Below are positions 34,988-46,044 of a stretch of 64,000 nucleotides of DNA, one piece after another; the first letter of the stretch is position 1; the number at the start of each line of letters is the position of its first letter. This stretch comes from an uncultured Bacillota bacterium (GTDB lineage: Bacteria > Bacillota_I > Bacilli_A > RFN20 > CAG-288). The position numbers and the translations under genes are program-made. The stretch covers positions 74,821 through 138,820 of the forward strand of contig CASESG010000004.1 in assembly GCA_949290645.1 (NCBI GenBank), read 5' to 3'. Under the pieces are notes generated by a model that saw nothing but the letters and a program-made list of their open reading frames with translations, had not been told where the DNA came from and did no database searches.

Positions 34988-37366
34988 ATGAGAAAGAAAT
35001 TCGCTTTGCTATCCCTCCTCTCCATCGGTCTTGTCGCTTGTCAGTCTCCACAGATCTCTTCTTCTTCGCTTTCGGAAAGTTCGTCCCCGAAGGATTCCTC
35101 TTCGAACCCTTCCTCTCCGGAAGATTCCTCCCCTACCTCTTCTTCGGTGATCTCGACACCGGAACCGGAACCTTTGACGGCCGAAGATGTCCTGAATAAG
35201 CTCAAGGACGAAAACGGAGTTGGTTTCACCGGTTCCCTAGCCATCACTTATCTAGAGGATGGAGAGGAAACCGACAACTCTACTTCGACTTTGTCCGGAT
35301 TCTTGGCCAAAGATGAGTACTTCAACGAGGAAGAGGGCTATAACCCCTTGCACTTCTTTGAAGGCACGGGAGAGAACGCCGGCTTGGCTGTCCGCCGAGT
35401 TCTCAACTATGACAATACGGTGACGGAAGTTTTGCTCGCGGACGATTCCGGCAATCCGGTTTCGTTTGATGACTATCGCAATCCCTTCGACCTTCTGGAC
35501 GTCAGCGATGTCAAGGAGAGTGAAGAAGGATTCACCATCACCGTCCCGGAAGAAGCCCAAGCAGCGATGGGATTGGGACTCCTTGGCTATTCCGACCTCA
35601 TCATCCAGACCTTCGACATCGTTGTGGAAGACGATGCCATCGCCTCCATCTCGGCCAAGGCTGACTTCGAATATACTAGCGCTTACGGAGCGATGAATGT
35701 CGTTCTCGACTACTCCTTCACGTTGGTCTCCCGCGAAGAGGCTGGCGTTCCGGCAAAGCCCGAACCACGTCCTTCCAAGGATGGAGATGCGGAACTTCAG
35801 GCAGCCTTCGATGAGTTGGCGAAGGGAAACTACTCCTTCAGCTATGTCGATGAAGATCCCGCCGATCCCACCTCGACTGTCAAATACGATGTCTTGGTCG
35901 ATGCGAACTCCATCCGTGTCGATGCCATTGCCTCGGAGACCGATGAGGATGGATCGAGCTATGGCGTCTTCCAGACCGAAGACGGAATTGTCGAGGTCGA
36001 CTACAACGATGACGGAACGATGACCGCATTGGGAGCTGCAGATCCGACTGCGACAATTGCGGATTACCTTGCGCCTTTCGACATCGCCCCGGAACTCTTC
36101 GATGTCAATGGCTCCACCTACACCCTTCCCGATGGTCTTGGTGTCGAAAACAACCTGAGCCACTTCGCCATCGACAGGATGCTGGGAGACAGCACCTCCT
36201 ACATGCTTCCGGAAACCTTTGCCTTCACCATTGATGGTGACGGAACCTATACGGTCAAATACACCTATGACCTCTACGGATTCCTTACGGGTGACGTTTC
36301 CATCGACATCCATGATGTCGGAACGACCGACAACGGCATGACCGAAGACAAATTGATCCCTTATTCCGCTCCGGCAAGCTGGGACGAACTGGGAGTCGCC
36401 AATGCCCTTGCCAGCTACGTCGGAAGCGCGGAGAACCTGCCCTTCCCCTCCACCATCGACGGCCTTTCCATCACCGAGGAGGGGGTCGGATTAGGTGGAT
36501 ACTTCGGTGCCTATCTGTCCATTGATGTCGGCAGCCCCTTCGAATCCGGAGAAGACGGAATGAATGCCTACATCGCCGCACTGGAAAAGATCGGATGGAC
36601 AAGTGCCGGCACCAACGATTATGGGGAAGCCGTCTATCACCTTGACGGAGAAACAAAGACCTATGAGATTGGCTTGACCCCAAGCAGCGATGGCAACAGC
36701 TTCCTCATCTATCTCTATGATCCGATCACCAAGCCGATAGACAGCCCTCTGAGAACCTTCCTCGAGGAAAATCTCGTCACCAACGCGACGTTGACGACCA
36801 CGGAAACCGGAGACCTCTATGCCTACGACATGGAAACCGGAGAGATGGGAGCCGAAGTCGTCTATGAATACTCGAGTGAGAGTCAGAACATCGTGACCGA
36901 CGAGGGCATGCTCTACACCAACACAATGGGTGGCGTCACCGCCGGAACCTACGTTGAGAACACCGACACGGGAATTTCCATCTATCAAAACGCTGGAACC
37001 GGATGGGCACACGAAAAAGATGAACAAGGATACACCGCCGCGGAATACTTCTACACTCCTCTCGACTTGGCCACTCTTGCCGCAGATCTGATCTGGGACG
37101 AGACGGCAGATACCTACACTCTTCCCGAAGACGATTACTCCCTTCTCTTCCAGGTCCTGATCAACAACGGAGACGTTCCCGCATCGGCCGTGAGCAATCT
37201 TGTCATCACCTTCGATGAAGAAAAAGGGGAAGTCACCTATGAGGCAGATATCCTTTCCCTCTTCCAGCTCACCGAAGACTCCTATGCCGCTGGATATATC
37301 CACACGGAAGCCGTCCTCTCGGACATCGGAACTTCAGTCCTGACCTCTCCTATCACTGCCGAATGA
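34988..37366 (+). CDS. Large lipoprotein (792 aa), divergent member of the locus
   Basis: MRKKFALLSLLSIGLVAC lipobox and Ser-rich tether. PLTAEDVLNKL is shared with the 297-aa protein. The rest is acidic and beta-rich with no recognisable family. Confidence 0.85.
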   Translation: MRKKFALLSLLSIGLVACQSPQISSSSLSESSSPKDSSSNPSSPEDSSPTSSSVISTPEPEPLTAEDVLNKLKDENGVGFTGSLAITYLEDGEETDNSTSTLSGFLAKDEYFNEEEGYNPLHFFEGTGENAGLAVRRVLNYDNTVTEVLLADDSGNPVSFDDYRNPFDLLDVSDVKESEEGFTITVPEEAQAAMGLGLLGYSDLIIQTFDIVVEDDAIASISAKADFEYTSAYGAMNVVLDYSFTLVSREEAGVPAKPEPRPSKDGDAELQAAFDELAKGNYSFSYVDEDPADPTSTVKYDVLVDANSIRVDAIASETDEDGSSYGVFQTEDGIVEVDYNDDGTMTALGAADPTATIADYLAPFDIAPELFDVNGSTYTLPDGLGVENNLSHFAIDRMLGDSTSYMLPETFAFTIDGDGTYTVKYTYDLYGFLTGDVSIDIHDVGTTDNGMTEDKLIPYSAPASWDELGVANALASYVGSAENLPFPSTIDGLSITEEGVGLGGYFGAYLSIDVGSPFESGEDGMNAYIAALEKIGWTSAGTNDYGEAVYHLDGETKTYEIGLTPSSDGNSFLIYLYDPITKPIDSPLRTFLEENLVTNATLTTTETGDLYAYDMETGEMGAEVVYEYSSESQNIVTDEGMLYTNTMGGVTAGTYVENTDTGISIYQNAGTGWAHEKDEQGYTAAEYFYTPLDLATLAADLIWDETADTYTLPEDDYSLLFQVLINNGDVPASAVSNLVITFDEEKGEVTYEADILSLFQLTEDSYAAGYIHTEAVLSDIGTSVLTSPITAE

Positions 37367-37372
37367 ATTCGG

Positions 37373-37400
37373 ATCCCGGCCTTCGGGCCGGGATTTCTTT
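37373..37400 (+). terminator. Intrinsic terminator after the 792-aa lipoprotein gene
   Basis: ATCCCGGCC-TTCG-GGCCGGGAT (9-bp perfect stem, UUCG loop) followed by TTCTTTTCCTCTTTTTT. Confidence 0.8.
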
Positions 37401-37439
37401 TCCTCTTTTTTCGTCCTTTTCAATCCTCTCTCTTGAAAA

Positions 37440-37690
37440 CTTATCTTGTAGCTAATCCTATACACATAGATTGAACAAATCTTGGCTATCGAAGTTATTT
37501 GGCCCATGCTCAACTCGGCATCGAAGACCTTCAGCTCCAGCAATCTCAAGACCGTCAATGCCAGATAGCAGACCGTGAAATGGCCATAAATGGAATCAAG
37601 CCTTTGCGAATAGACCGGCCTAGCCTCCAGATAGGTCTTCGGCATCGAAACGGCGGACACGATAAAGACAATCGCCAGGGTGCTCATCAT
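37440..37690 (-). pseudogene. C-terminal fragment of an IS4/IS1634-like transposase
   Basis: ..EARPVYSQRLDSIYGHFTVCYLALTVLRLLE.. matches the conserved C-terminal block of DDE transposases of this type (H-F-x-x-C-[YF]-x-A-L, from memory). No N-terminal or catalytic part is present. Confidence 0.5.
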
Positions 37691-37699
37691 GAGGCCGGG

Positions 37700-38830
37700 C
37701 GTCGCCGTTTCGTGGTTCCGGAGGTTCTACGAGTCGTCGTTCCTCCGCAAGTACTATCCGGAAGAACACGGTGAAGGAGACCTTCGACACGATAGGGAAG
37801 GACGACGAGCTAAGGGGACAAGTACTACGACCTCAGGATGGGAAGGGTGATGAACGACCACCACATCGCCATCGATGGCACCCCGAAGCAGCACGACAGC
37901 ACGGCCAACGGCCTCTCCCGCGTCGCCAGGAAGACAAGACTCAAGGGGACGAAGGACATATCGGTCATGTACGCCTACGGCATAGAGCTCATGGAGTCGG
38001 TGCGCACCATGGCGTTCCCAAGGGGACGAGATAAACACATACGCCTACGAGACGTTCATATCGAAATGCTACATAAAGAAAGGAATCATAGTAGCAGACA
38101 AGGGGTTCCCAATCTCGAAGACAAAGAGGGAGTTGGCCGAAAACGGTGGGCTTCACTGCCATATCGCCACTGAAGAGGGACAGCGCCCCGATAAAGAAAC
38201 ACAGGGTTTACGACTACAACGACCTGCTGTCGAAATTCGACGACGGAATCCTCACGAAGAAAGGTGACGACGGAGGACGACAGGTTCCTCTACTCGTTCC
38301 GCAACCATCGGAAGGCGGGCGTGGAGGAGAAGGCCTACCTTGAATACGAGAAGAAGCACAAAATAAAGCACGACCCAGAGAAATTCAATTAGAAGCAGAA
38401 GGAATATGGCACCATCGTCTTCGAGTCGGACCTCGACCTCCGCCGTCGAAGATCTACAGCGACTACGAGTCGGGGTGGACGATAGAACTTTGTCTTCCGG
38501 CAGTACAAGAACGACATCGAGCTGACGACGAACGTCCAGAACGACTGCACCGTCGTCGGGTGCGAGTCCGTCAACTTCGTGTCGTCGCTGGTCACCAGCC
38601 GAATGCTGTCGAAGGCCATGAAACTGGGCTATCTCGACAAGGAGAGCTTCGAAGACCTCGTCGAGGATCCGAACGAGGTATGGCGGACGTCCGACGCCGG
38701 GGAGACGGCGAGGCTCAACGGCGGTACCTACGTCCATGCCCTGAGGAAGCACCTTGAGCCTATGGTCAGGCCCGGACTGATCGTCGACGACACGGCGAGG
38801 AGGCCAAGGGGAAAGGCCCAGGAAGAACCC
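37700..38830 (+). pseudogene. Frameshifted, 5'-truncated DDE transposase relic (IS4-like)
   Basis: Homologous pieces lie in several different frames: ..FYESSFLRKYYP..; HHIAIDGTPKQHDSTANGLSRVARKTRLKGTKDISVMYAYGIELME; ..SPLKRDSAPIKKH..; FVSSLVTSRMLSKAMKLGYLDKESFEDLVEDPNEVWR. GC is visibly higher than in the flanks. Confidence 0.55.
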
Positions 38831-39299
38831 TCAGACGGAGAAGCCGAAGCAGGCCATCCTCCTCTCCTCGCTTGTCGGCCTGAAGAGCTATTGGAGCTCG
38901 ATCGGAGTCACGGCCCTTTCCTCCTTCCTCCTCTTCGCCATTCTCGTTCCTCTGATCGTCTTTCTCTCCATCGGAGCGGGATCGGCAAGCCTTGTCCTTG
39001 GTCTCCTCTGTCTTTCCGTTTACGCCGTGATCGAACTGGTCTTCCTCCTCGTCCTGCTCTTCTATCGACGTTGGAAGTGCACCCGTTCTCTCCGCATTCC
39101 ATGATGTCGACAAAAGCGACGAAAGAGAATTGTTCTTTTCGCTCAACCGCTGAGGAATCCCTTCTCTTGTGACAGAGTCCCACTCTTGATCTTGAAGAGT
39201 AGGAAAGATGTTCACGGAAACGGTTCGAAAAGGATGCTTTTCTTTGCTGAATCGGGACTGTTTTCCCCTTTTCCGAGAGAGCGAAAAGAAAAAGAGTAA

Positions 39300-40658
<1,359 letters not shown>

Positions 40659-40676
40659 GACGTTCCGAAAAAGAGG

Positions 40677-40705
40677 AGGCCACTTCGAAAGAGGTGGCCT
40701 TTTTT
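40677..40705 (+). terminator. Intrinsic terminator of eno
   Basis: AGGCCACTTC-GAAA-GAGGTGGCCT (10-bp stem with one G-U pair, GNRA loop) followed by TTTTT. Confidence 0.85.
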
Positions 40706-40955
40706 GCGTCTCTCTCTTGCGATGAAAGCGCTTTTTCCTCCAACAAGAATGCCCTGTATGTGCCCCGTGGGGGTCCTTTCGCCGTTTTTTGATTTCCAAA
40801 GAGAAAAACGGAATCGGAAAAATTGCGGATTTCACGTGTGTTTTCTGACATTTTGATCCAGGGTTTCCAAAAATCATCTTCCTTGAAAAAAAAGAATCTT
40901 TCCGCTATATTATTGCTATTCTGACAACACGATACCGTTTCTCCGGAGGACACGA

Positions 40956-43670
40956 ATGAAAGAAAACAATACCGATGGCCTTCTTCTTGAGTCCGCTTTG
41001 CCATACGAGATGGATTTTTCGGACGACAACCAAGGCCAGGAAAACGAGGAAAAGAACCATCACGGCCAAAAGAGGCCCCAGAACCCCAGAGGAGGGAAGA
41101 GCTACATCTCCGTCATCCTCTTGGCGGTCGCCCTTGTCGCCGTCATCGCCCTGATGCTCTACTTCTTCGTCTTCCGCAGCTCGACCAAGAGCGTCACTCT
41201 CAACAGCGGAGACATCCACTACCAGGTCGACTTCGATCCGACCACCGAAGGCTATGACGATCCCCAAAATCCCCTTCCCGAAGGAAAGACCTTCACCATC
41301 TATGACGAGACGAACAATCCCAATGGCGTCATCGTCGCAGAGGGAAACCTCGTCCCCTATCTGGTCAATCCTTCCGACTACAACCTGCAGCTGACCGCCG
41401 TCCAGAGCAACGTCTCGGACCAAGTCATCTATCTCCAGGGAAGCTTCAGCGTCAAGGACAGCAACAACCGCATCCAGAGCTACAACTTCGGCTTCTCCAT
41501 CACGGCCGAGGAATACCAGCGTTACATCCTTCCCATCATCGACAACGTCACCTATGTCAACAAGGACGGACAGGTCCTTCGCTACTATGCCAGCAACAAC
41601 TTCCAATTCGGCCTGGAATCCACCTCCGACGTCGGTTCCTGGCTGATCCCTCTCTTGCTCTTTGTCGCCTTCATCGGAATCATGATCTACCTCTACAGCC
41701 GCATGAACCGGGCGATGGGCGGAGGAAGCGGCGGACCGATGGGCGGATTCGTCAACAACATCGCCCGCAAGGAGACGAGCTCCAAGACCCGCTTCTCCGA
41801 TGTCGCCGGCTGCGATGAGGCCAAGGCTGAGCTAGTCGAATTGGTCGATTATTTCCACTCGACCGACAAATACACGCGCCTTGGTGCCAAGCTGCCCCAC
41901 GGCGTCCTTCTGGTCGGGCCTCCGGGAACCGGCAAAACCTTGCTGGCCAAGGCTGTCGCCGGCGAAGCGAGCGTCCCCTTCTATTCCATCTCCGGCTCGG
42001 ACTTCGTCGAGATGTATGTCGGCGTCGGCGCATCCCGTGTCCGCTCCCTCTTCAAGACCGCCAAGGCCAACGCTCCCTGCCTGATCTTCATCGACGAGAT
42101 CGATGCGGTCGGCCGTCAAAGAGGAGCGGGACTTGGTGGCGGAAACGACGAACGGGAACAGACGTTGAACGAACTGCTCGTCGAGATGGACGGCTTTGCC
42201 GACAACTCCGGCGTCATCATCATGGCCGCGACCAACCGTTCCGACGTCCTTGACCCGGCCCTGACAAGACCGGGACGTTTCGATCGCACCATCACCGTCG
42301 ACCTTCCCAATCGAAAGGGACGCGCCGACATCCTCAAGGTCCACTCCCGGAACAAGAAGATCGCTTCGGACGTCGATCTCAACGAGATCGCCGGGAGGAC
42401 GGTCGGCTTCTCGGGTGCCGATCTTGCCAACATCATGAACGATGCCGCCATCCTCGCCGTCCGCGCCAACCGCAACGCCATCACGACCGCCGATATCGAC
42501 GAAGCCATCGACCGCGCCATCTCCGGGCCGGCAAAGAAATCCCATCTGGAGGAGAAGGAGAAGAAGCAAGTCGCCTATCACGAATCCGGACATGCGGTGA
42601 TCGGCATCTTCCTCCCCTATTCCGACGTCGTCCAGAAGATCACGATCGTTCCCCGTGGCCGGACTGGCGGACATGTCCTGATGACCCCTGCCCAGGATCA
42701 CTTCCTGCTGACGAAGAACCAGATGATGGCCCGCATCACGGGCTATCTCGGCGGACGGACTTCCGAGGAGATCTTCTTCGGAGACGTCTCCACCGGTGCC
42801 AGCAACGACATCGAGGTCGCGACCCAGCTCGCCCGTTCGATGGTCACCCAATACGGCATGTCGGAACTCGGTCCCATCCAATACGAGAAGCCGGGTGGCT
42901 CCGTCTTCCTGGGAAGGGACTACACCTCGACCCAGGCCAACTATTCCACCCAGATCGCCTACGAGATCGACAAGGCCGTGCGCGACATCATCGACCAGTG
43001 CCATGAGCAGGCCCGGAAGCTTCTGACCGAGCACAAGGAAGACGTGGAGCTGATCGCCAACACCCTCATCCAATACGAGACCATCACCGGAGACCAGATC
43101 AGCTACCTCCTGAAGAACAGGCATCTGCCTCCCGTCGACGAGCACAAGCTCAAGACCCAGGAAGGCCTCAACCCGAAGAATCCCAACAACATCATCCTCT
43201 ATCCTGGCTTCGAGCCGTTCTATGTCGCCGTCGACCGCGTCCTCAATGGCAAGCCTTCCCGTCTCGTCCTTGTCATGGCGACCGGAAGGTCGGCTCCGAT
43301 CACCGACGAGGAATTCCGTCAGGCCTGCGTCAAGGGAGCCAGCGATACCAAGCACATCGGAATGCTCTTCCTCGACTACTCCCAGACGATGAACATCTCC
43401 CTCTCCCTGGAGACCTTCGCCAGCCACATCGAAGCCTATGCCGGAGTCCCGGTCCTGCTGATCAAGACGGACAACACGACCGTCCTCTCCCTCCGCTCCA
43501 CCTATGAGCCCAAGGCCGTGAAGGAAGAAGAGGAGACGAAGGAAGAGAAGACAGAAGAGACGAGAAAAGGCGTTGTCGAAGAGATTCTGCCTTCCGACAG
43601 GAAAGAAGAAGATAAAGTCGATAATCCGGAGAAACCGGATGACGATAGCGATAAGCAAGGAGGTAATTGA
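40956..43670 (+). CDS. ftsH: ATP-dependent zinc metalloprotease FtsH with enlarged extracytoplasmic loop and ~180-aa C-terminal extension
   Basis: 904 aa. Two TM helices, Walker A GPPGTGKT, Walker B IIFIDEID, SRH region, and HESGH zinc site. Extra sequence after ..[12 protein letters not shown]. Confidence 0.95.
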   Translation: MKENNTDGLLLESALPYEMDFSDDNQGQENEEKNHHGQKRPQNPRGGKSYISVILLAVALVAVIALMLYFFVFRSSTKSVTLNSGDIHYQVDFDPTTEGYDDPQNPLPEGKTFTIYDETNNPNGVIVAEGNLVPYLVNPSDYNLQLTAVQSNVSDQVIYLQGSFSVKDSNNRIQSYNFGFSITAEEYQRYILPIIDNVTYVNKDGQVLRYYASNNFQFGLESTSDVGSWLIPLLLFVAFIGIMIYLYSRMNRAMGGGSGGPMGGFVNNIARKETSSKTRFSDVAGCDEAKAELVELVDYFHSTDKYTRLGAKLPHGVLLVGPPGTGKTLLAKAVAGEASVPFYSISGSDFVEMYVGVGASRVRSLFKTAKANAPCLIFIDEIDAVGRQRGAGLGGGNDEREQTLNELLVEMDGFADNSGVIIMAATNRSDVLDPALTRPGRFDRTITVDLPNRKGRADILKVHSRNKKIASDVDLNEIAGRTVGFSGADLANIMNDAAILAVRANRNAITTADIDEAIDRAISGPAKKSHLEEKEKKQVAYHESGHAVIGIFLPYSDVVQKITIVPRGRTGGHVLMTPAQDHFLLTKNQMMARITGYLGGRTSEEIFFGDVSTGASNDIEVATQLARSMVTQYGMSELGPIQYEKPGGSVFLGRDYTSTQANYSTQIAYEIDKAVRDIIDQCHEQARKLLTEHKEDVELIANTLIQYETITGDQISYLLKNRHLPPVDEHKLKTQEGLNPKNPNNIILYPGFEPFYVAVDRVLNGKPSRLVLVMATGRSAPITDEEFRQACVKGASDTKHIGMLFLDYSQTMNISLSLETFASHIEAYAGVPVLLIKTDNTTVLSLRSTYEPKAVKEEEETKEEKTEETRKGVVEEILPSDRKEEDKVDNPEKPDDDSDKQGGN

Positions 43671-43671
43671 T

Positions 43672-44244
43672 ATGTCATCCAAGCCATTCACGAAGCACGC
43701 CCAGCGCATCCTCAACAAGAATCCGAATGTCGAGAAGTGCACCACCGCCAAGGTCATCTTCAAGGAAGAATTCGCCCTCAAGGTCTGCGATGCCCTGAAG
43801 AAGGGAGAAGATCCGTTCCAGGTCTTCACCGACAACGGACTCTCCGTCCGCGTCCTCGGAAAGAGCCGCATCAACGGCGTCATCGGCCTCTGGAAGTCCA
43901 AGTACAGCCTGGAAGATCTGCCTCGTCGCAAGGTCGTCCGCAAGAGCAAGGCTCCAGTGGAGACCGCCAAGGAGCGGAAGGAAAGGATCCTGAAGGAAGC
44001 CGTCGAGCTCTGCGACAGCTACATCGCAAGGCCCGAGGAGCTCGGCCTTTCCCCGGACACCGACATCGACATCATCCGCTTCACGGCCATCAAGAAAGTC
44101 TACGAGAGCAAAAGCGGCGTCATCCTCAAGGATCTCTGCCTCCACTACGGCTATCCCTATGCCAAGTACTACACCTACATCAAGACCCTGACCCCGGACG
44201 AGGACACCTTCGTCAACATTCTCAATCCGCACAGGAAGAGATAA
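43672..44244 (+). CDS. Stand-alone IS3-OrfA-like helix-turn-helix protein
   Basis: Start moved to ATG 43672 (AAGGAGG RBS inside the ftsH 3' end). FTKHAQRILNKNPNVEKCTTAKVIFKEEF..GEDPFQVFTDNGLSVRVLGKSRINGVIGLWKSKY resembles the N-terminal HTH module of IS3-type OrfA-like proteins (from memory). No OrfB/DDE partner. Confidence 0.55.
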   Translation: MSSKPFTKHAQRILNKNPNVEKCTTAKVIFKEEFALKVCDALKKGEDPFQVFTDNGLSVRVLGKSRINGVIGLWKSKYSLEDLPRRKVVRKSKAPVETAKERKERILKEAVELCDSYIARPEELGLSPDTDIDIIRFTAIKKVYESKSGVILKDLCLHYGYPYAKYYTYIKTLTPDEDTFVNILNPHRKR

Positions 44245-44245
44245 C

Positions 44246-44845
44246 ATGCCATTCCTTCTTTCCGCAGGAGCCATCGTCGGTGTCTCGATCGGCGGTCTCT
44301 TCCTCATCCTGATCGTGAGCCTCCTCTTCTGGTTCGTCGCCAAGCGCAACCTCTTCAAGAGGATGGAAGTCAAGATCGAGGAATCCGCCAGCGACATCGA
44401 CGTCGCCCTGACCAAGAGATACGACCTTCTGACCAAGGAATACGACGTCTGCAAGGGCTACAGCAAGCACGAGAACGCCACCTTGAGCGAAGTCACCCGC
44501 ATGCGCCAGAATCCGAGGCAGGACGAAGACGGGAACATCGACATCGAACGCCTCTCCCGTCTCAACCACGAGCTCGATTTGCTCTCTAGGGACATCCATC
44601 TGACCGTGGAGCAGTACCCCGACCTCAAGGCCAACGCCCTGTTCCTGAACCTGATGGAGACCAGCAAACAAGTCGAGGACCATCTCGAGAGCACACGCCG
44701 GATCTACAACTCCAACGTCGCACGCTACAATGAGGAGATCGTCATCTTCCCCTCCTCAATCGTCGCCCACATGATCCACGCCAAGAAGAGAGGACTCTTC
44801 CAGGCCGAGGAAAAGAAGAAGGACGACGTCTCCTTGAAATTCTGA
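44246..44845 (+). CDS. lemA: LemA family membrane protein
   Basis: N-terminal TM followed by the LemA-like region (..DIDVALTKRYDLL.., ..EQYPDLKAN.., ..RIYNSNVARYNEEI..). Confidence 0.85.
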   Translation: MPFLLSAGAIVGVSIGGLFLILIVSLLFWFVAKRNLFKRMEVKIEESASDIDVALTKRYDLLTKEYDVCKGYSKHENATLSEVTRMRQNPRQDEDGNIDIERLSRLNHELDLLSRDIHLTVEQYPDLKANALFLNLMETSKQVEDHLESTRRIYNSNVARYNEEIVIFPSSIVAHMIHAKKRGLFQAEEKKKDDVSLKF

Positions 44846-44846
44846 A

Positions 44847-45482
44847 ATGGAAATCACGGACTTCAAAGACAAGAGACTGCTTCCTGCCCTCAAGGAGGGC
44901 AAGATCCTCGCCCTTCCCACCGAGACCGTCTATGGCCTGGGCATCTTCTGGGACGACGAGAAAGCCTACGAAAGACTCATCCAGGCCAAGGGGAGAAGAC
45001 CGGACAAGGCCATCGCCTGCATGGTCGAGAAGGACTTCGACTTCGAACGTTACTTCGAGCTCGACGACGGCATCCGAGCCGTCATGAGAAAGTTCCTCCC
45101 CGGCCCATTGACGATCCTGGTCAAGGCCAAGGAAAAGTGCCCCTACCAATCCCACCTCGGAACCGGAATCTGCGGCATCCGCGTCCCCGAGAAGGAAGAA
45201 CTCCTCTCCTTCCTCAAAGAAGTGCACAAGCCGCTCCAGGTCACAAGCGCCAACCTCTCCGGCCATCCTGCCCTGACCACGATCGAAGAGGTCTACCAGA
45301 CATTCCAAGGCAACAAGGACATCCCCTTCCTTGTCAAGGGAATCTGCGACAGCTCTGTTCCGACCACGGTCGTCGACCTCAGCCACTCTGAGGTCCATCT
45401 GATTCGACAAGGGGAGATCCCACTGGATTCAATCAAGGAGACATATTATGGACAACATCAAGACGGTCAGCTTCGGCTGTGA
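44847..45482 (+). CDS. tsaC: L-threonylcarbamoyladenylate synthase (TsaC/YwlC/Sua5 family)
   Basis: LPTETVYGLG, PGPLTIL, IRVP and TSANLSG motifs. Confidence 0.9.
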   Translation: MEITDFKDKRLLPALKEGKILALPTETVYGLGIFWDDEKAYERLIQAKGRRPDKAIACMVEKDFDFERYFELDDGIRAVMRKFLPGPLTILVKAKEKCPYQSHLGTGICGIRVPEKEELLSFLKEVHKPLQVTSANLSGHPALTTIEEVYQTFQGNKDIPFLVKGICDSSVPTTVVDLSHSEVHLIRQGEIPLDSIKETYYGQHQDGQLRL

Positions 45483-45909
45483 CCACGGTGGCTATCCCTA
45501 CAAGGAAGCCGTCATCAAGCACCTTCAGGAGATGGGATACGAAGTCCTCGACTGCGGAACCTACTCCAAGGAGAGCTGCAACTATCCGGAGCCGGCCTTC
45601 AAGGCGGCGACGGCAGTTGCGGAAGGAAAGGCCCAGGCAGGCGTCCTCGTCTGCACCAGTGGCGAAGGCGTCAGCATCTGCGCCAACAAGGTCAAGGGCG
45701 TCATCTGCGGCATCGGCTACAACGATTCCGTCAGCCACCTGCTCGTGACCCACAACCACGCCAACATGATCGCCTTCGGCGGAGCCTACATGCCCTTGGA
45801 GGATGTCCTGCGTCGGATCGACATCTTCTTCGCCTCCACTCCTCACGAAGGAAGACATCAGCGCCGTGTCGAGATGATCGAAGAATACGAGAAGGAACAC
45901 GGCAAGTAA
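45448..45909 (+). CDS. rpiB: Ribose-5-phosphate isomerase B
   Basis: FGCDHGGYPYK, CTSGEGVSICANK and a RpiB/LacAB fold-length protein. AAGGAG RBS. 35-nt overlap with tsaC. Confidence 0.92.
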   Translation: MDNIKTVSFGCDHGGYPYKEAVIKHLQEMGYEVLDCGTYSKESCNYPEPAFKAATAVAEGKAQAGVLVCTSGEGVSICANKVKGVICGIGYNDSVSHLLVTHNHANMIAFGGAYMPLEDVLRRIDIFFASTPHEGRHQRRVEMIEEYEKEHGK

Positions 45910-45931
45910 TCCGTTTCCTCCGAAAAGCTGA

Positions 45932-45958
45932 GGGCCGCAAATATGCGGTCCTTTTTTT
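45932..45958 (+). terminator. Intrinsic terminator after rpiB
   Basis: GGGCCGCA-AATA-TGCGGTCC (7/8 bp) followed by TTTTTTT. Confidence 0.75.
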
Positions 45959-46044
45959 GATCAGGAAAGGCCGTTGCAAAATCTTGAAGCAATGGTCTTT
46001 TTTCTATTGCCACGCCGACTTCCCATCAAAAACTTTGTGTTCGA

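Noticed and set aside
27510-37366. Diversity-generating retroelement or cassette-switching system acting on the lipoprotein family
   Set aside because: No reverse transcriptase, recombinase or template/variable repeat pair is visible. The paralogues are diverged along their whole length rather than in a hotspot.
38579-39172. 197-aa ORF presented as a single protein
   Set aside because: Its first ~80 aa are the C-terminal fragment of the decayed transposase. The remainder is an out-of-frame read-through of the following region.
41832-43970. 712-aa ORF on the minus strand
   Set aside because: Antisense shadow of ftsH and the following gene. Same codon-bias artefact.
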